In this document: in pieces, positions 27,676 to 36,501 of the stretch
Layout of the letters: each line of letters begins with the position of its first letter
Position numbering within the stretch: position 1 is the first letter of the stretch
Assembly (NCBI GenBank): GCA_030152265.1
Contig: JASLHQ010000115.1
Coordinates: 1 to 38,029, forward strand
DNA from: Savagea sp.
GTDB lineage: Bacteria > Bacillota > Bacilli > Bacillales_A > Planococcaceae
DNA: 38,029 nucleotides
Direction: 5' to 3'
Translations under genes and position numbers: made by a program
The notes under the pieces: generated by a model
Told to the model about the DNA's origin: nothing
What the model saw: the letters and a program-made list of their open reading frames with translations, nothing else
The model's database searches: none

Positions 27676-29421
27676 CTACGATTTTGAAGTGTAGTCACGC
27701 TTACGTGGTGGTACTAATGAAACGTCTACATCTTCATACGATAATTTAGGAGCTTCTGGCGTAAATTCAGCGATTGTTGTTTTTAAGAAGTTCTCGTCGT
27801 CACGTTCAGGGAATTCTGGCTTGTAGTGAGCTCCACGGCTCTCGTTACGGTTAAGAGCTCCGAGCGTAATAACGCGCGCTAATTGCAACATGTTCTTTAA
27901 CTGACGAGTAAATGTCGCACCTTGGTTTGACCATTTTTGTGTGTCAGTAATGTTAATGTTTTCATAGCGTTCGAGTAATTCTTGAATTTTCACATCTGTA
28001 GCCGCAAGGTCTTTGTTATTACGAACAACTGTAACGTTTTTCGTCATCACTTCACCAAGCTCTTTATGGAGCATGTACGCATTTTCAGTACCGTCCATTG
28101 CGAGCGTTGCATCCCAAGCCGCTTGTTCTTCTTTAATTGCATTGTCGAAAATTGATGATTCTACATCTTCCGCACTCTTATCGAGTCCGTTAATGTATTC
28201 AACAGCTTTCGGTCCTGCAACCATTCCACCGAATACAGCAGAAAGTAATGAGTTCGCACCGAGACGGTTTGCACCGTGTTGTGAGTAATCAGCTTCACCC
28301 GCTGCGAATAATCCAGGGATATTCGTATGTTGATCGTAGTCTACCCAGAGGCCACCCATTGAGTAGTGGACAGCAGGGAAAATCTTCATCGGAACTTTAC
28401 GTGGGTCTTCCCCAACGAATTTTTCATAAATTTCCATGATTCCACCGAGTTTAATGTCAAGCTCATGTGGATCTTTATGTGACAAGTCTAAATAAACCAT
28501 GTTCTCGCCGTTAATACCGAGCTTTTGGTTTACACAGACGTCGAAAATTTCACGTGTTGCAATGTCACGTGGAACTAAGTTACCGTAGTCAGGATATTTC
28601 TCTTCTAAGAAGTACCAAGGTTTACCATCTTTATACGTCCAAACACGTCCACCTTCACCACGTGCTGATTCACTCATGAGACGAAGTTTGTCATCTCCTG
28701 GAATCGCCGTTGGGTGAATTTGAATGAACTCACCGTTTGCGTATTTCGCACCTTGTTGATAAACGATTGAAGCTGCAGAACCTGTATTAATAACAGAGTT
28801 CGTTGACTTACCGAAGATAATACCAGGTCCACCCGTTGCGATAATAACCGCATCTCCACGGAATGATTTAATCTCCATCGTCTTTAAGTTTTGAGCTTTA
28901 ATTCCTCGACAAACACCATCGTTATCAAGAATAACTCCTAAAAACTCCCAATGTTCATATTTCTGAACGAGTCCAGCTACTTCATGTGAACGCACTTGCT
29001 CATCTAAAGCATATAATAATTGCTGTCCTGTTGTCGCACCAGCGAATGCTGTACGGTGGTGTAAAGTACCTCCGAAACGACGGAAATCAAGTAACCCTTC
29101 ATTTGTACGGTTAAACATAACACCCATACGGTCGAAAAGGTGAATAATTCCAGGTGCAGCATCTGTCATTGCCTTAACAGGTGGTTGGTTCGCTAAGAAG
29201 TCTCCACCATATACTGTATCATCTAAATGGATTGCAGGTGAGTCACCTTCACCCTTCGTGTTAACAGCTCCGTTAATACCACCTTGGGCACATACAGAGT
29301 GTGAACGTTTAACAGGGACTAAAGAAAACAAGTCAACTGGCATACCAGCTTCAGCTGATTTAATTGTTGCCATAAGACCTGCAAGACCGCCACCAACGAC
29401 GATCAATCTACCTTTTGCCAT
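27676..29421 (-). CDS. sdhA: Succinate dehydrogenase flavoprotein subunit
   Basis: GGGLAG and RSHSVCAQGG (covalent FAD His). Start ATG 29421 after GAGGAGTG. Confidence 0.97.
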   Translation of the reverse strand: MAKGRLIVVGGGLAGLMATIKSAEAGMPVDLFSLVPVKRSHSVCAQGGINGAVNTKGEGDSPAIHLDDTVYGGDFLANQPPVKAMTDAAPGIIHLFDRMGVMFNRTNEGLLDFRRFGGTLHHRTAFAGATTGQQLLYALDEQVRSHEVAGLVQKYEHWEFLGVILDNDGVCRGIKAQNLKTMEIKSFRGDAVIIATGGPGIIFGKSTNSVINTGSAASIVYQQGAKYANGEFIQIHPTAIPGDDKLRLMSESARGEGGRVWTYKDGKPWYFLEEKYPDYGNLVPRDIATREIFDVCVNQKLGINGENMVYLDLSHKDPHELDIKLGGIMEIYEKFVGEDPRKVPMKIFPAVHYSMGGLWVDYDQHTNIPGLFAAGEADYSQHGANRLGANSLLSAVFGGMVAGPKAVEYINGLDKSAEDVESSIFDNAIKEEQAAWDATLAMDGTENAYMLHKELGEVMTKNVTVVRNNKDLAATDVKIQELLERYENINITDTQKWSNQGATFTRQLKNMLQLARVITLGALNRNESRGAHYKPEFPERDDENFLKTTIAEFTPEAPKLSYEDVDVSLVPPRKRDYTSKS

Positions 29422-29477
29422 TATTGTTTCACTCCTCAATATTTACATAATCTCAAAAACTGATTGCATCTACTTTC

Positions 29478-30086
29478 TTACATAAATCCTAAGATCGCAC
29501 GGATACCAACGAATGATAATGCGATGAAAATAAGGACTGACACGTAAGAGAAAATTTGCTGTGAACGTGGAGATTGTGTAATACCCCAAGTTACGAGGAA
29601 AGCCCAAATTCCGTTAGCTAAGTGGAATGTTGCAGCGAGAACTCCTGCAAAGTAGAAAATAACCATTCCAGTAGATTGGAAAATATCAGCCATCATGTCG
29701 TAGTTCACGTCAACACCAAGTGCCTTTTGGATACGCGTTTGGTAAATGTGCCATGCGATAAAAATCACTAAGAACACTCCCGTTAAACGTTGCAACTTAA
29801 ACATCCAGTTGCGGTATGTACCGAAACGACCTGTGTTGTTTTTCGCAGTAAATGCGATGTAAACACCGTAGAATGCGTGGAACATTAATGGGATATAAAT
29901 TACTACCCACTCCAACACATACAAAAATGGTAAGCTTCCCATGAAATCTGAAGCTGCGTTAAATGCTTCTTCACCACGCGTTGAAAAATAGTTAATGATT
30001 AAGTGTTGTGTTAAGAATAACCCAACTGGAATGACTCCGAGCAGTGAATGAAGACGACGTAAGAAAAAATCTGATTCTCTCGACAA
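29478..30086 (-). CDS. sdhC: Succinate dehydrogenase cytochrome b558 subunit
   Basis: RRLHSLLG motif, heme-ligand His residues, TTG start. Confidence 0.95.
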   Translation of the reverse strand: MSRESDFFLRRLHSLLGVIPVGLFLTQHLIINYFSTRGEEAFNAASDFMGSLPFLYVLEWVVIYIPLMFHAFYGVYIAFTAKNNTGRFGTYRNWMFKLQRLTGVFLVIFIAWHIYQTRIQKALGVDVNYDMMADIFQSTGMVIFYFAGVLAATFHLANGIWAFLVTWGITQSPRSQQIFSYVSVLIFIALSFVGIRAILGFM

Positions 30087-30178
30087 GTCTTTTACCCTCC
30101 CTTATAGCTGAAGCACGTCAATTTAAAAGTAAACTTTTCCGACGTACTCCTTTCATGTTACAATGTGATTACAATTTC

Positions 30179-30207
30179 ATTGTACTCCTCACTACATAAG
30201 AAATCAA
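30179..30207 (-). promoter_or_regulatory. sigmaA promoter of sdhCAB
   Basis: TTGATT(30207-30202)-N17-TACAAT(30184-30179). Confidence 0.6.
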
Positions 30208-30285
30208 GATGTCGAAAGCTTTTTCAATCGATTCTCAATTACATATGAAGTTGATTTGAAGTTTTTGAAAAGGATGGTGAATATT

Positions 30286-30696
30286 TTGGCTAATGAAGAA
30301 ACGAAACGTCCGACGAAATTTGGCTACGAACTATTAAGATATCATGTTATACCAGCAATTTTAGGAAAACATGAAGAAGATATTTTGTACTGGGTAGGAA
30401 AAGAAATCGCCCGTGAATTTCCTCTTTTTTCACTGCAAGAACTCCCTGATTTTTTCCGAGAAGCTGACTGGGGAGAGTTGATCGTTGAAAAAGAAAAAAG
30501 CGACTCCATCATCTACACATTAACACGTCCGACAGTAGAAGACTTTGAACAAGCTTCTCACGCACTAGAAGCTGGATTTTTAGCTGCGCAACATGAAGCG
30601 TTACAAAAAAGTGTAACGGAATGTTACGCAGAAAAAAATATAAAAAAGCAGTGGATCCAATTTGAAGTGAAATGGGATGCATCTTCTCGCTTATAA
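30286..30696 (+). CDS. yslB: YslB family protein (DUF2507)
   Basis: FGYELLR, ILYWVGKEIAR and LEAGFLA motifs; divergent from sdhC. Start TTG 30286 or ATG 30274. Confidence 0.85.
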   Translation: MANEETKRPTKFGYELLRYHVIPAILGKHEEDILYWVGKEIAREFPLFSLQELPDFFREADWGELIVEKEKSDSIIYTLTRPTVEDFEQASHALEAGFLAAQHEALQKSVTECYAEKNIKKQWIQFEVKWDASSRL

Positions 30697-30735
30697 AAAA
30701 TGGTCACTGGTGAATCATCCACTAGTGACCATTTT
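30697..30735. terminator. Bidirectional terminator overlapping the uvrC 3' end
   Basis: AAAATGGTCACTGGTG-loop-CACTAGTGACCATTTT. Confidence 0.8.
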
Positions 30736-32512
30736 CTTTTTGATTCAGCTTTGTGAGTAATTGTTCAGCGACAGCTTGTGGTATTTTTAACTTTCTCAAT
30801 TCTTCAACTGTCGCATTTTTAATATGATCGACAGATCCGAAATGCATTAACAACCTTCTTTTACGCTGTTCTCCAATCCCTTTCACTTCATCTAATATAG
30901 AATGAAAAGCATTCTGTTGACGTTTTGCTCTTTGAAACGTAATTGCAAAGCGATGTACTTCATCTTGAATGCGTTGCAATAAATAAAAAGTATCGCTCGT
31001 CTTTTTCATTTGTATGGTTTGCGGAGGATCTCCGAACAACACTTCATTCGTATCATGGTCATCGTCTTTTGCTAATCCGAGTATCGGGATAAATAAACCG
31101 AGTTCGTCTTCTAACACTTCGCGTGCGACAGACATTTGTCCTTTTCCACCGTCTATGACGATGAGGTCAGGCAACGGTTTTTCTTCCTTTAATAAACGGA
31201 CGTAACGTCGACGAACAACTTCGCGCATCGCACCGTAGTCATCATGTGCACTTGCTTCTTTCAAATTATATTTACGATATTCTTGCCTTCTCGGCTCTCC
31301 ATCAACGAAAGAAACCATCGCTGATACTGGATTCGTTCCATGTAAATGGGAGTTATCAAATGCTTCAATGCGCAAAGGTGTAGCAATGCCGAGCAATTCT
31401 CCTAAGTGGACACATGCCCCTACCGTACGTTCGTATTTTCTTTCCACTAATGTTAACTTTTCTTGCAGCGCTACTTCTGCATTGTCTTTCGCTAAATCGA
31501 GCATTTGTTTTTTCTGTCCTCGTTGAGGCGCATGAACTTTAATCGCTAACAATTGAGCGAGTAAAGAAGTGTCAATTTCAATCGGCACGAGCACTTCTTT
31601 CGGCTTTAAATGTTTGCCATCGTTGTAAAATTGTCCGATAAATGTAATGAGTTCCTCTTCTGGTTCTCGATAGTAAGGAAAAATAGAGACATCTCGTTCA
31701 ATCAACTTTCCTTGACGCACAAAAAACACTTGGACACACATGTATTGCTCCGTTACGGCATAACCGAATATGTCGCGATCGGTAAAGTCACTCGTCGCCA
31801 TTTTCTGCTTTTCCATAACAGATTCAATATGTGCAATTTGATCTCGGTATTCTTTTGCGCGCTCGAACTCTAACTTTTCAGAAGCATCCATCATTTTTTG
31901 CTCCAGCTCTTTTTTCACTTCTCCGTATCCACCTTTTAAAAACTGACTCACTTCTTTGATCATTTCTTCGTAAGTCGCTTCAGGAACATCATATACACAA
32001 GGAGCTAAACATTGTCCTAAATGGTAATATAAGCAAACTTGCTTCGGCAAATGACGACATTTTCGAAATGGATATATGCGGTCTAGCAGCTTTTTTGTTT
32101 CTTGCGCTGCGTATGCGTTCGGATAAGGCCCAAAATATTTGCCGCTCTTTCTTTTTACGTTGCGTGTCACGAGGAGACGGGGATATTTTTCGTTTGTAAT
32201 TTGAATGTACGGATACGTTTTATCATCTTTCAACATAATATTGTAACGCGGATCGTATCGTTTAATTAAATTGAGTTCTAAAACGAGTGATTCGATTTCT
32301 GTATCGGTCACAATGTATTCGAAGTCTACAATCTCTTGGACGAGGCGAGCTGTTTTTCCGTCATGGCTTCCCGTAAAGTAACTGCGCACTCGATTTTTCA
32401 ATACTTTCGCTTTTCCTACATAAATAACTTCCCCTTGTCGATCTTTCATTAAATAACAACCAGGGCGTTCTGGCAAAATTTTTAGTTTTTCTTGCAATTG
32501 TTCATTCATCAT
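30722..32512 (-). CDS. uvrC: Excinuclease ABC subunit C
   Basis: GIY-YIG region (IYVGKAK), [22 protein letters not shown] and C-terminal HhH. Confidence 0.97.
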   Translation of the reverse strand: MMNEQLQEKLKILPERPGCYLMKDRQGEVIYVGKAKVLKNRVRSYFTGSHDGKTARLVQEIVDFEYIVTDTEIESLVLELNLIKRYDPRYNIMLKDDKTYPYIQITNEKYPRLLVTRNVKRKSGKYFGPYPNAYAAQETKKLLDRIYPFRKCRHLPKQVCLYYHLGQCLAPCVYDVPEATYEEMIKEVSQFLKGGYGEVKKELEQKMMDASEKLEFERAKEYRDQIAHIESVMEKQKMATSDFTDRDIFGYAVTEQYMCVQVFFVRQGKLIERDVSIFPYYREPEEELITFIGQFYNDGKHLKPKEVLVPIEIDTSLLAQLLAIKVHAPQRGQKKQMLDLAKDNAEVALQEKLTLVERKYERTVGACVHLGELLGIATPLRIEAFDNSHLHGTNPVSAMVSFVDGEPRRQEYRKYNLKEASAHDDYGAMREVVRRRYVRLLKEEKPLPDLIVIDGGKGQMSVAREVLEDELGLFIPILGLAKDDDHDTNEVLFGDPPQTIQMKKTSDTFYLLQRIQDEVHRFAITFQRAKRQQNAFHSILDEVKGIGEQRKRRLLMHFGSVDHIKNATVEELRKLKIPQAVAEQLLTKLNQKENGH

Positions 32513-32522
32513 CTCACCTACT

Positions 32523-32556
32523 AAAAAGACTAGGCTGCCATAGGCGACCTAGTCTT
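32523..32556 (-). terminator. trxA terminator
   Basis: Minus strand AAGACTAGG...CCTAGTCTT followed by TTT. Confidence 0.75.
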
Positions 32557-32568
32557 GTTTTGTTCATC

Positions 32569-32883
32569 TTATAGGTGCTTTTCGATTAAAGCAACTAATT
32601 TTTCTTTCGGGTTGAAGCCAACTACTTTATCTACTGCTTCACCGTCTTTGAATACGATGAGCGTTGGGATTGACATAACGCCGAATTGTGCTGCTGTTGT
32701 TTGGTTGTCGTCAACGTCCACTTTAACAACTTTCGCTTTTCCATCTACTGCGTCCGCTACTTCTTCAAGTACTGGAGCAATCATTTTACAAGGTCCGCAC
32801 CATGGAGCCCAAAAGTCTACAAGTACGACACCTTCTGCGATTGATTCGTTAAATGTTGCGTCTGTTGCATTAATAATAGCCAT
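32569..32883 (-). CDS. trxA: Thioredoxin
   Basis: WCGPC active site. Start ATG 32883 after AAGGAGG. Confidence 0.97.
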   Translation of the reverse strand: MAIINATDATFNESIAEGVVLVDFWAPWCGPCKMIAPVLEEVADAVDGKAKVVKVDVDDNQTTAAQFGVMSIPTLIVFKDGEAVDKVVGFNPKEKLVALIEKHL

Positions 32884-32930
32884 AATTAAAATCCTCCTTA
32901 GATTGTCATTGAACAATTCATTCACTTTGA

Positions 32931-33027
32931 ATTATAACAGCTTATACCCCTGGGGGCTAGTTGTTTGCTCAACGTTTATTTCATTTTAAGTATAACATAG
33001 CCTTTTTTCTTTGAATAACGTTTTGCC
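32931..33027 (-). promoter_or_regulatory. Tandem extended -10 promoters of trxA, Spx-like
   Basis: P1: AGCA-N6-TAGCCC-N17-TATAAT with TGn. P2: GGCA-N6-TATTCA-N17-TATACT with TGn. Confidence 0.55.
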
Positions 33028-33035
33028 TATTGAGC

Positions 33036-33071
33036 AAAAAAATGGGAAGCGAATAAACTATTCGCTCCCCA
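33036..33071 (-). terminator. etfA terminator
   Basis: Minus strand TGGGGAGCGAATA...TATTCGCTTCCCA followed by TTTTTTT. Confidence 0.8.
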
Positions 33072-33083
33072 CCTCTTCTAGCA

Positions 33084-34052
33084 TTAAATTGCTTTTTTCA
33101 CTTCTTCAATTAAGATTGGCATTACCTCAAATAAGTCGCCTACAATTCCGTAGTCTGCAATTTTGAAAATTTCTGCTTCTGGATCTTTGTTAATCGCTAC
33201 GATAATTTTCGAGTTCGACATTCCAGCAACGTGTTGAATCGCTCCTGAAATTCCGACTGCAAAGTAAAGGTCTGGCGTTACAACTTTACCTGTTTGACCA
33301 ATTTGTAATGAGTAGTCACAGTATTCAGCGTCACATGCTCCACGTGATGCTCCTACTGCTCCACCTAACAATGTCGCGAGTTCTTGAAGTGGTTCGAAAC
33401 CTTCTTCACCTTTCACACCACGTCCACCTGCTACGATTACTTTCGCTTCAGATAAATCTACACCGTCTGTTGATTTACGAACGACATCTTTAATAACTGA
33501 ACGTAAGTCAACGATATCTGCGCTTACTGATTCAGCGTCTGCTGATTTTCCTTCGTCTTTTTCAAGTGGCGCAATGTTGTTCGGACGTACTGTAACGAAT
33601 GTTAATCCGTCAGTGATTTTCACTTTTTCAAATGCTTTACCTGAATAGATCGGGCGAACGAATACCGCATCGTCTCCTTCTCCTTCGATTGAAGTTACGT
33701 CTGAAATGAGACCTGCATCAATTTTCGTTGCGATTTTTGGTGACAAGTCTTTTCCTTGTGCTGTATGGCCCATTACGATTGCATCTGGCTGCTCTTGTTC
33801 ATAAACTGCCATGAATGCTTGGCTATAGCCGTCTGATGTATATTGTGCTAGCTTAGCATCTTCTACGACGAGCACGCGATCTGCACCATATTGTGCGAGT
33901 TCATTCGCATACCCTTTCACATCGTCACCGATTAAAAGAGCTGTTACTTCTGCTCCACCGCTGATTGTTTTCGCTGCTGCAATCACTTCGAATGATACGT
34001 TACGTAATGCATTATCTTTTACTTCACCTAATACGAGTACTTTTTTAGACAT
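33084..34052 (-). CDS. etfA: Electron transfer flavoprotein alpha subunit
   Basis: QIGQTGK and GISGAIQH motifs. Confidence 0.96.
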   Translation of the reverse strand: MSKKVLVLGEVKDNALRNVSFEVIAAAKTISGGAEVTALLIGDDVKGYANELAQYGADRVLVVEDAKLAQYTSDGYSQAFMAVYEQEQPDAIVMGHTAQGKDLSPKIATKIDAGLISDVTSIEGEGDDAVFVRPIYSGKAFEKVKITDGLTFVTVRPNNIAPLEKDEGKSADAESVSADIVDLRSVIKDVVRKSTDGVDLSEAKVIVAGGRGVKGEEGFEPLQELATLLGGAVGASRGACDAEYCDYSLQIGQTGKVVTPDLYFAVGISGAIQHVAGMSNSKIIVAINKDPEAEIFKIADYGIVGDLFEVMPILIEEVKKAI

Positions 34053-34083
34053 AATGATTCCCTCCTACACGTTTTATCTATGA

Positions 34084-34857
34084 TTACAATACTTTCGCTT
34101 CGTTTTTCAATAGTGAGACGAGCTCAGATACTTGATCTGCGACTTCACCTTCAAGAATTTTTCCTGCTTCTTTTGCTGGTGGTAAAAATACTTCGACTGT
34201 TTCTGTTTTAGCTTCGACATCATCTTCATCTAAGTCGAGATCATCTAACTCAAGCTCTTCAAGCGGTTTCTTTTTCGCTTTCATAATTCCAGGGAGTGAT
34301 GGGTAACGTGGCTCGTTCAATCCTTGTTGTGCTGTTACGAGAAGTGGAAGTTTCGTTTCAATCGTTTCCGTATCCCCTTCAACGTCACGAACGATTGTCA
34401 CATCTTCACCATCTACCTCGATATCTGTAATTGTCGTTACATAGTTGATGCCGAGCATTTCTGCTACACGTGGACCAACTTGACCAGAACCACCATCTAC
34501 CGCTACGTTACCTGCGATGATGAGATCTACTTCTTGATCTTTCAAGTATGTTGCAATAATTTTAGCGATTGTAAATTCATCCATCACGTCGAGATCATCT
34601 TCCGTGTCGATTAACACCGCTTTATCTGCTCCCATTGCGAGCGCCGTACGAAGTTGCTTCTCAGCTTCCTCACTACCGATTGAAAGTGCTGTCACTTCAC
34701 CACCATGCTCATCACGTAAAACGATTGCCTCTTCTACCGCATACTCATCGTATGGGTTAATGATGAACTCTGCACCATCTTCGTTAATTTGACCGCCATT
34801 GATGACGATTTTTTCCTCTGTATCGAATGTTCTTTTTACTAAAGCTACAATATTCAT
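34084..34857 (-). CDS. etfB: Electron transfer flavoprotein beta subunit
   Basis: INPYDEYAVEEA and NEPRYPSL motifs. Confidence 0.96.
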   Translation of the reverse strand: MNIVALVKRTFDTEEKIVINGGQINEDGAEFIINPYDEYAVEEAIVLRDEHGGEVTALSIGSEEAEKQLRTALAMGADKAVLIDTEDDLDVMDEFTIAKIIATYLKDQEVDLIIAGNVAVDGGSGQVGPRVAEMLGINYVTTITDIEVDGEDVTIVRDVEGDTETIETKLPLLVTAQQGLNEPRYPSLPGIMKAKKKPLEELELDDLDLDEDDVEAKTETVEVFLPPAKEAGKILEGEVADQVSELVSLLKNEAKVL

Positions 34858-34922
34858 AATAGAACCCTCCTGTTCAATATTTAATGCTTAAATTATGATT
34901 AACCGTTCATATTGAACGTTAA

Positions 34923-35690
34923 TTAACTGAAATTCGGTTTACGCTTTTCAATAAAGGCTTGAATGCCTTCTTTCGCATCTGCTGTTTCAAACACTTCGCT
35001 GAATGCTTGTCTTTCATTTACGAAACCTTCATCTGCTGGCAATGCGATTGCTTGATGAATAAGTTGCAATGCCGCTTTCGTTGATGCAGGACTTTTCGAG
35101 CCAAGCTTTTGTGCAAGTTGAACTGCTTCATCTACTAAATTCGCTTCATCGACAACTTTTGTAACGAGTCCAATTGTATGCGCTTTCTCGCCGTCGATCG
35201 GTTCTCCTGATAAAATCATTTCAACCGCATGTGCTTGACCGACGATACGAGGTAGACGTTGTGTTCCACCGTAGCCTGGAATTAGGCCAAGCTGTAATTC
35301 TGGTAAACCAAGTTTGGCATCTTTTGTCGCCAATCGAATATGACAACTTAATGCCAACTCAAGCCCCCCACCTAAAGCCGCTCCGTGAATTGCTGCGATG
35401 ACAGGCTTCGAAAAAGTCTCAATACGATTGAACACTTCTTGACCTTTTCTTCCCAATTCTTCAGCTCCACGGCTGCCGTCTAGCTCGGTAAATTCTTTAA
35501 TGTCTGCCCCTGCAGAGAAAAACCTACCTTCACTATGTAAAACGACTGCTCGGATATTGGAATCGCTTTCAATCTTATTTAAAAGTTGATCGATTTCCGC
35601 TACAATCTTTGAGCTTAAAGCATTCGCTGGCGGATTGTTAAATGTGATCATTGCGATTCTGTTTTCAATATCCATTTTTGGTAATACCAT
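34923..35690 (-). CDS. fadB: Enoyl-CoA hydratase
   Basis: FSAGADIKEF and GGGLELA motifs; ysiB position. Start ATG 35690. Confidence 0.88.
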   Translation of the reverse strand: MVLPKMDIENRIAMITFNNPPANALSSKIVAEIDQLLNKIESDSNIRAVVLHSEGRFFSAGADIKEFTELDGSRGAEELGRKGQEVFNRIETFSKPVIAAIHGAALGGGLELALSCHIRLATKDAKLGLPELQLGLIPGYGGTQRLPRIVGQAHAVEMILSGEPIDGEKAHTIGLVTKVVDEANLVDEAVQLAQKLGSKSPASTKAALQLIHQAIALPADEGFVNERQAFSEVFETADAKEGIQAFIEKRKPNFS

Positions 35691-35715
35691 CCTACCACCC
35701 CTTTTTCTGTCATTC

Positions 35716-35776
35716 ACTTTACTACAATTTATTATGAGTGTCAAAATGATAGTGCGAAAACTTTCGCACTCATTTT
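35716..35776 (-). promoter_or_regulatory. Terminator-like hairpin after fadR followed by an internal promoter for fadB-etfBA
   Basis: Hairpin at 35743-35776; TTGACA(35744-35739)-N17-TAAAGT(35721-35716). Confidence 0.6.
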
Positions 35777-35784
35777 GATACGTG

Positions 35785-36366
35785 TTACTTTTTTAACCCA
35801 TGAAGAATCAATTGATGAACTTCGTCAGTTAAATTGACTAAATTATGTTTTTGACCTGTCATAACCCATGATGTTGATGTTTCATCAATCATTCCGAATA
35901 TCGCTTGACGCAATAAGCGGATGTCGATCGAGTCTTTCAACGTACCGTTTTCGATTCCCTCTTTTAAAATATAATCATAGAGGGAAAGGTATTCTCTTAA
36001 AATATCACTTATTTTCGTGCGTAACGGTTTGCGAGTTTGACGCAGTTCCAATTGTGTGACAATGGCTAAATGGTGGTCATTTTGTAAAATCGTATAATGA
36101 TTTTTTACAAGTTCATATAATTTTTCTTCTGTGGAAATTGGTCGATGCGCAATTTCTCGAAGCCTCTCAATGAAAACTCCCATCTTCTCTTTAAATACAG
36201 AAATTAAAATGTCATCTTTGTTTTTAAAGTAAAGGTAGATTGTTCCATCTGCAACTCCTGCTTGTTTCGCAATTTTTGCAACTTGCGAACCGTGATAACC
36301 ATTTTCAGCAATGACGATAACAGCCGCATCGATAATTTGCATGTACTTCGGTTTTTCTCTTTTCAT
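35785..36366 (-). CDS. fadR: Fatty-acid degradation regulator FadR (YsiA), TetR family
   Basis: KPKYMQIIDAA, GVADGTIYLYFKNK and TQLELRQ motifs; synteny. Start ATG 36366. Confidence 0.93.
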   Translation of the reverse strand: MKREKPKYMQIIDAAVIVIAENGYHGSQVAKIAKQAGVADGTIYLYFKNKDDILISVFKEKMGVFIERLREIAHRPISTEEKLYELVKNHYTILQNDHHLAIVTQLELRQTRKPLRTKISDILREYLSLYDYILKEGIENGTLKDSIDIRLLRQAIFGMIDETSTSWVMTGQKHNLVNLTDEVHQLILHGLKK

Positions 36367-36404
36367 TGTTCCACCACCTTGCGCCCCTACTCTACAAATC
36401 ATTT

Positions 36405-36469
36405 ATGAATGAATGGTCGTTCATATTTTGTGAAAATAAATAGTGAATGAACGTTCATTCACTATTTAT
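36405..36469. promoter_or_regulatory. Two FadR boxes upstream of fadR
   Basis: TGAATGAATGGTCGTTCA (36406-36423) and TGAATGAACGTTCATTCA (36444-36461); the second lies inside a perfect 34-bp palindrome at 36436-36469. Confidence 0.85.
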
Positions 36470-36496
36470 ATTACACATTAAATTTTATTTCGTCAA
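36468..36496 (-). promoter_or_regulatory. sigmaA promoter of fadR
   Basis: TTGACG(36496-36491)-N17-TAATAT(36473-36468). Confidence 0.65.
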
Positions 36497-36501
36497 CACT
36501 T

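Noticed and set aside
32905..32925. FadR-like TTGAACAATTCATTCA before trxA
   Set aside because: Half-site spacing is off by one base relative to the other boxes.
13583..36402. N-terminal extensions in the ORF track (hbd-like, NMO, rph, kinase, TetR 24605, sdhA, trxA, fadB, fadR)
   Set aside because: Downstream starts have better-placed RBSs and family-typical N-termini; several extensions run through operators or promoters.
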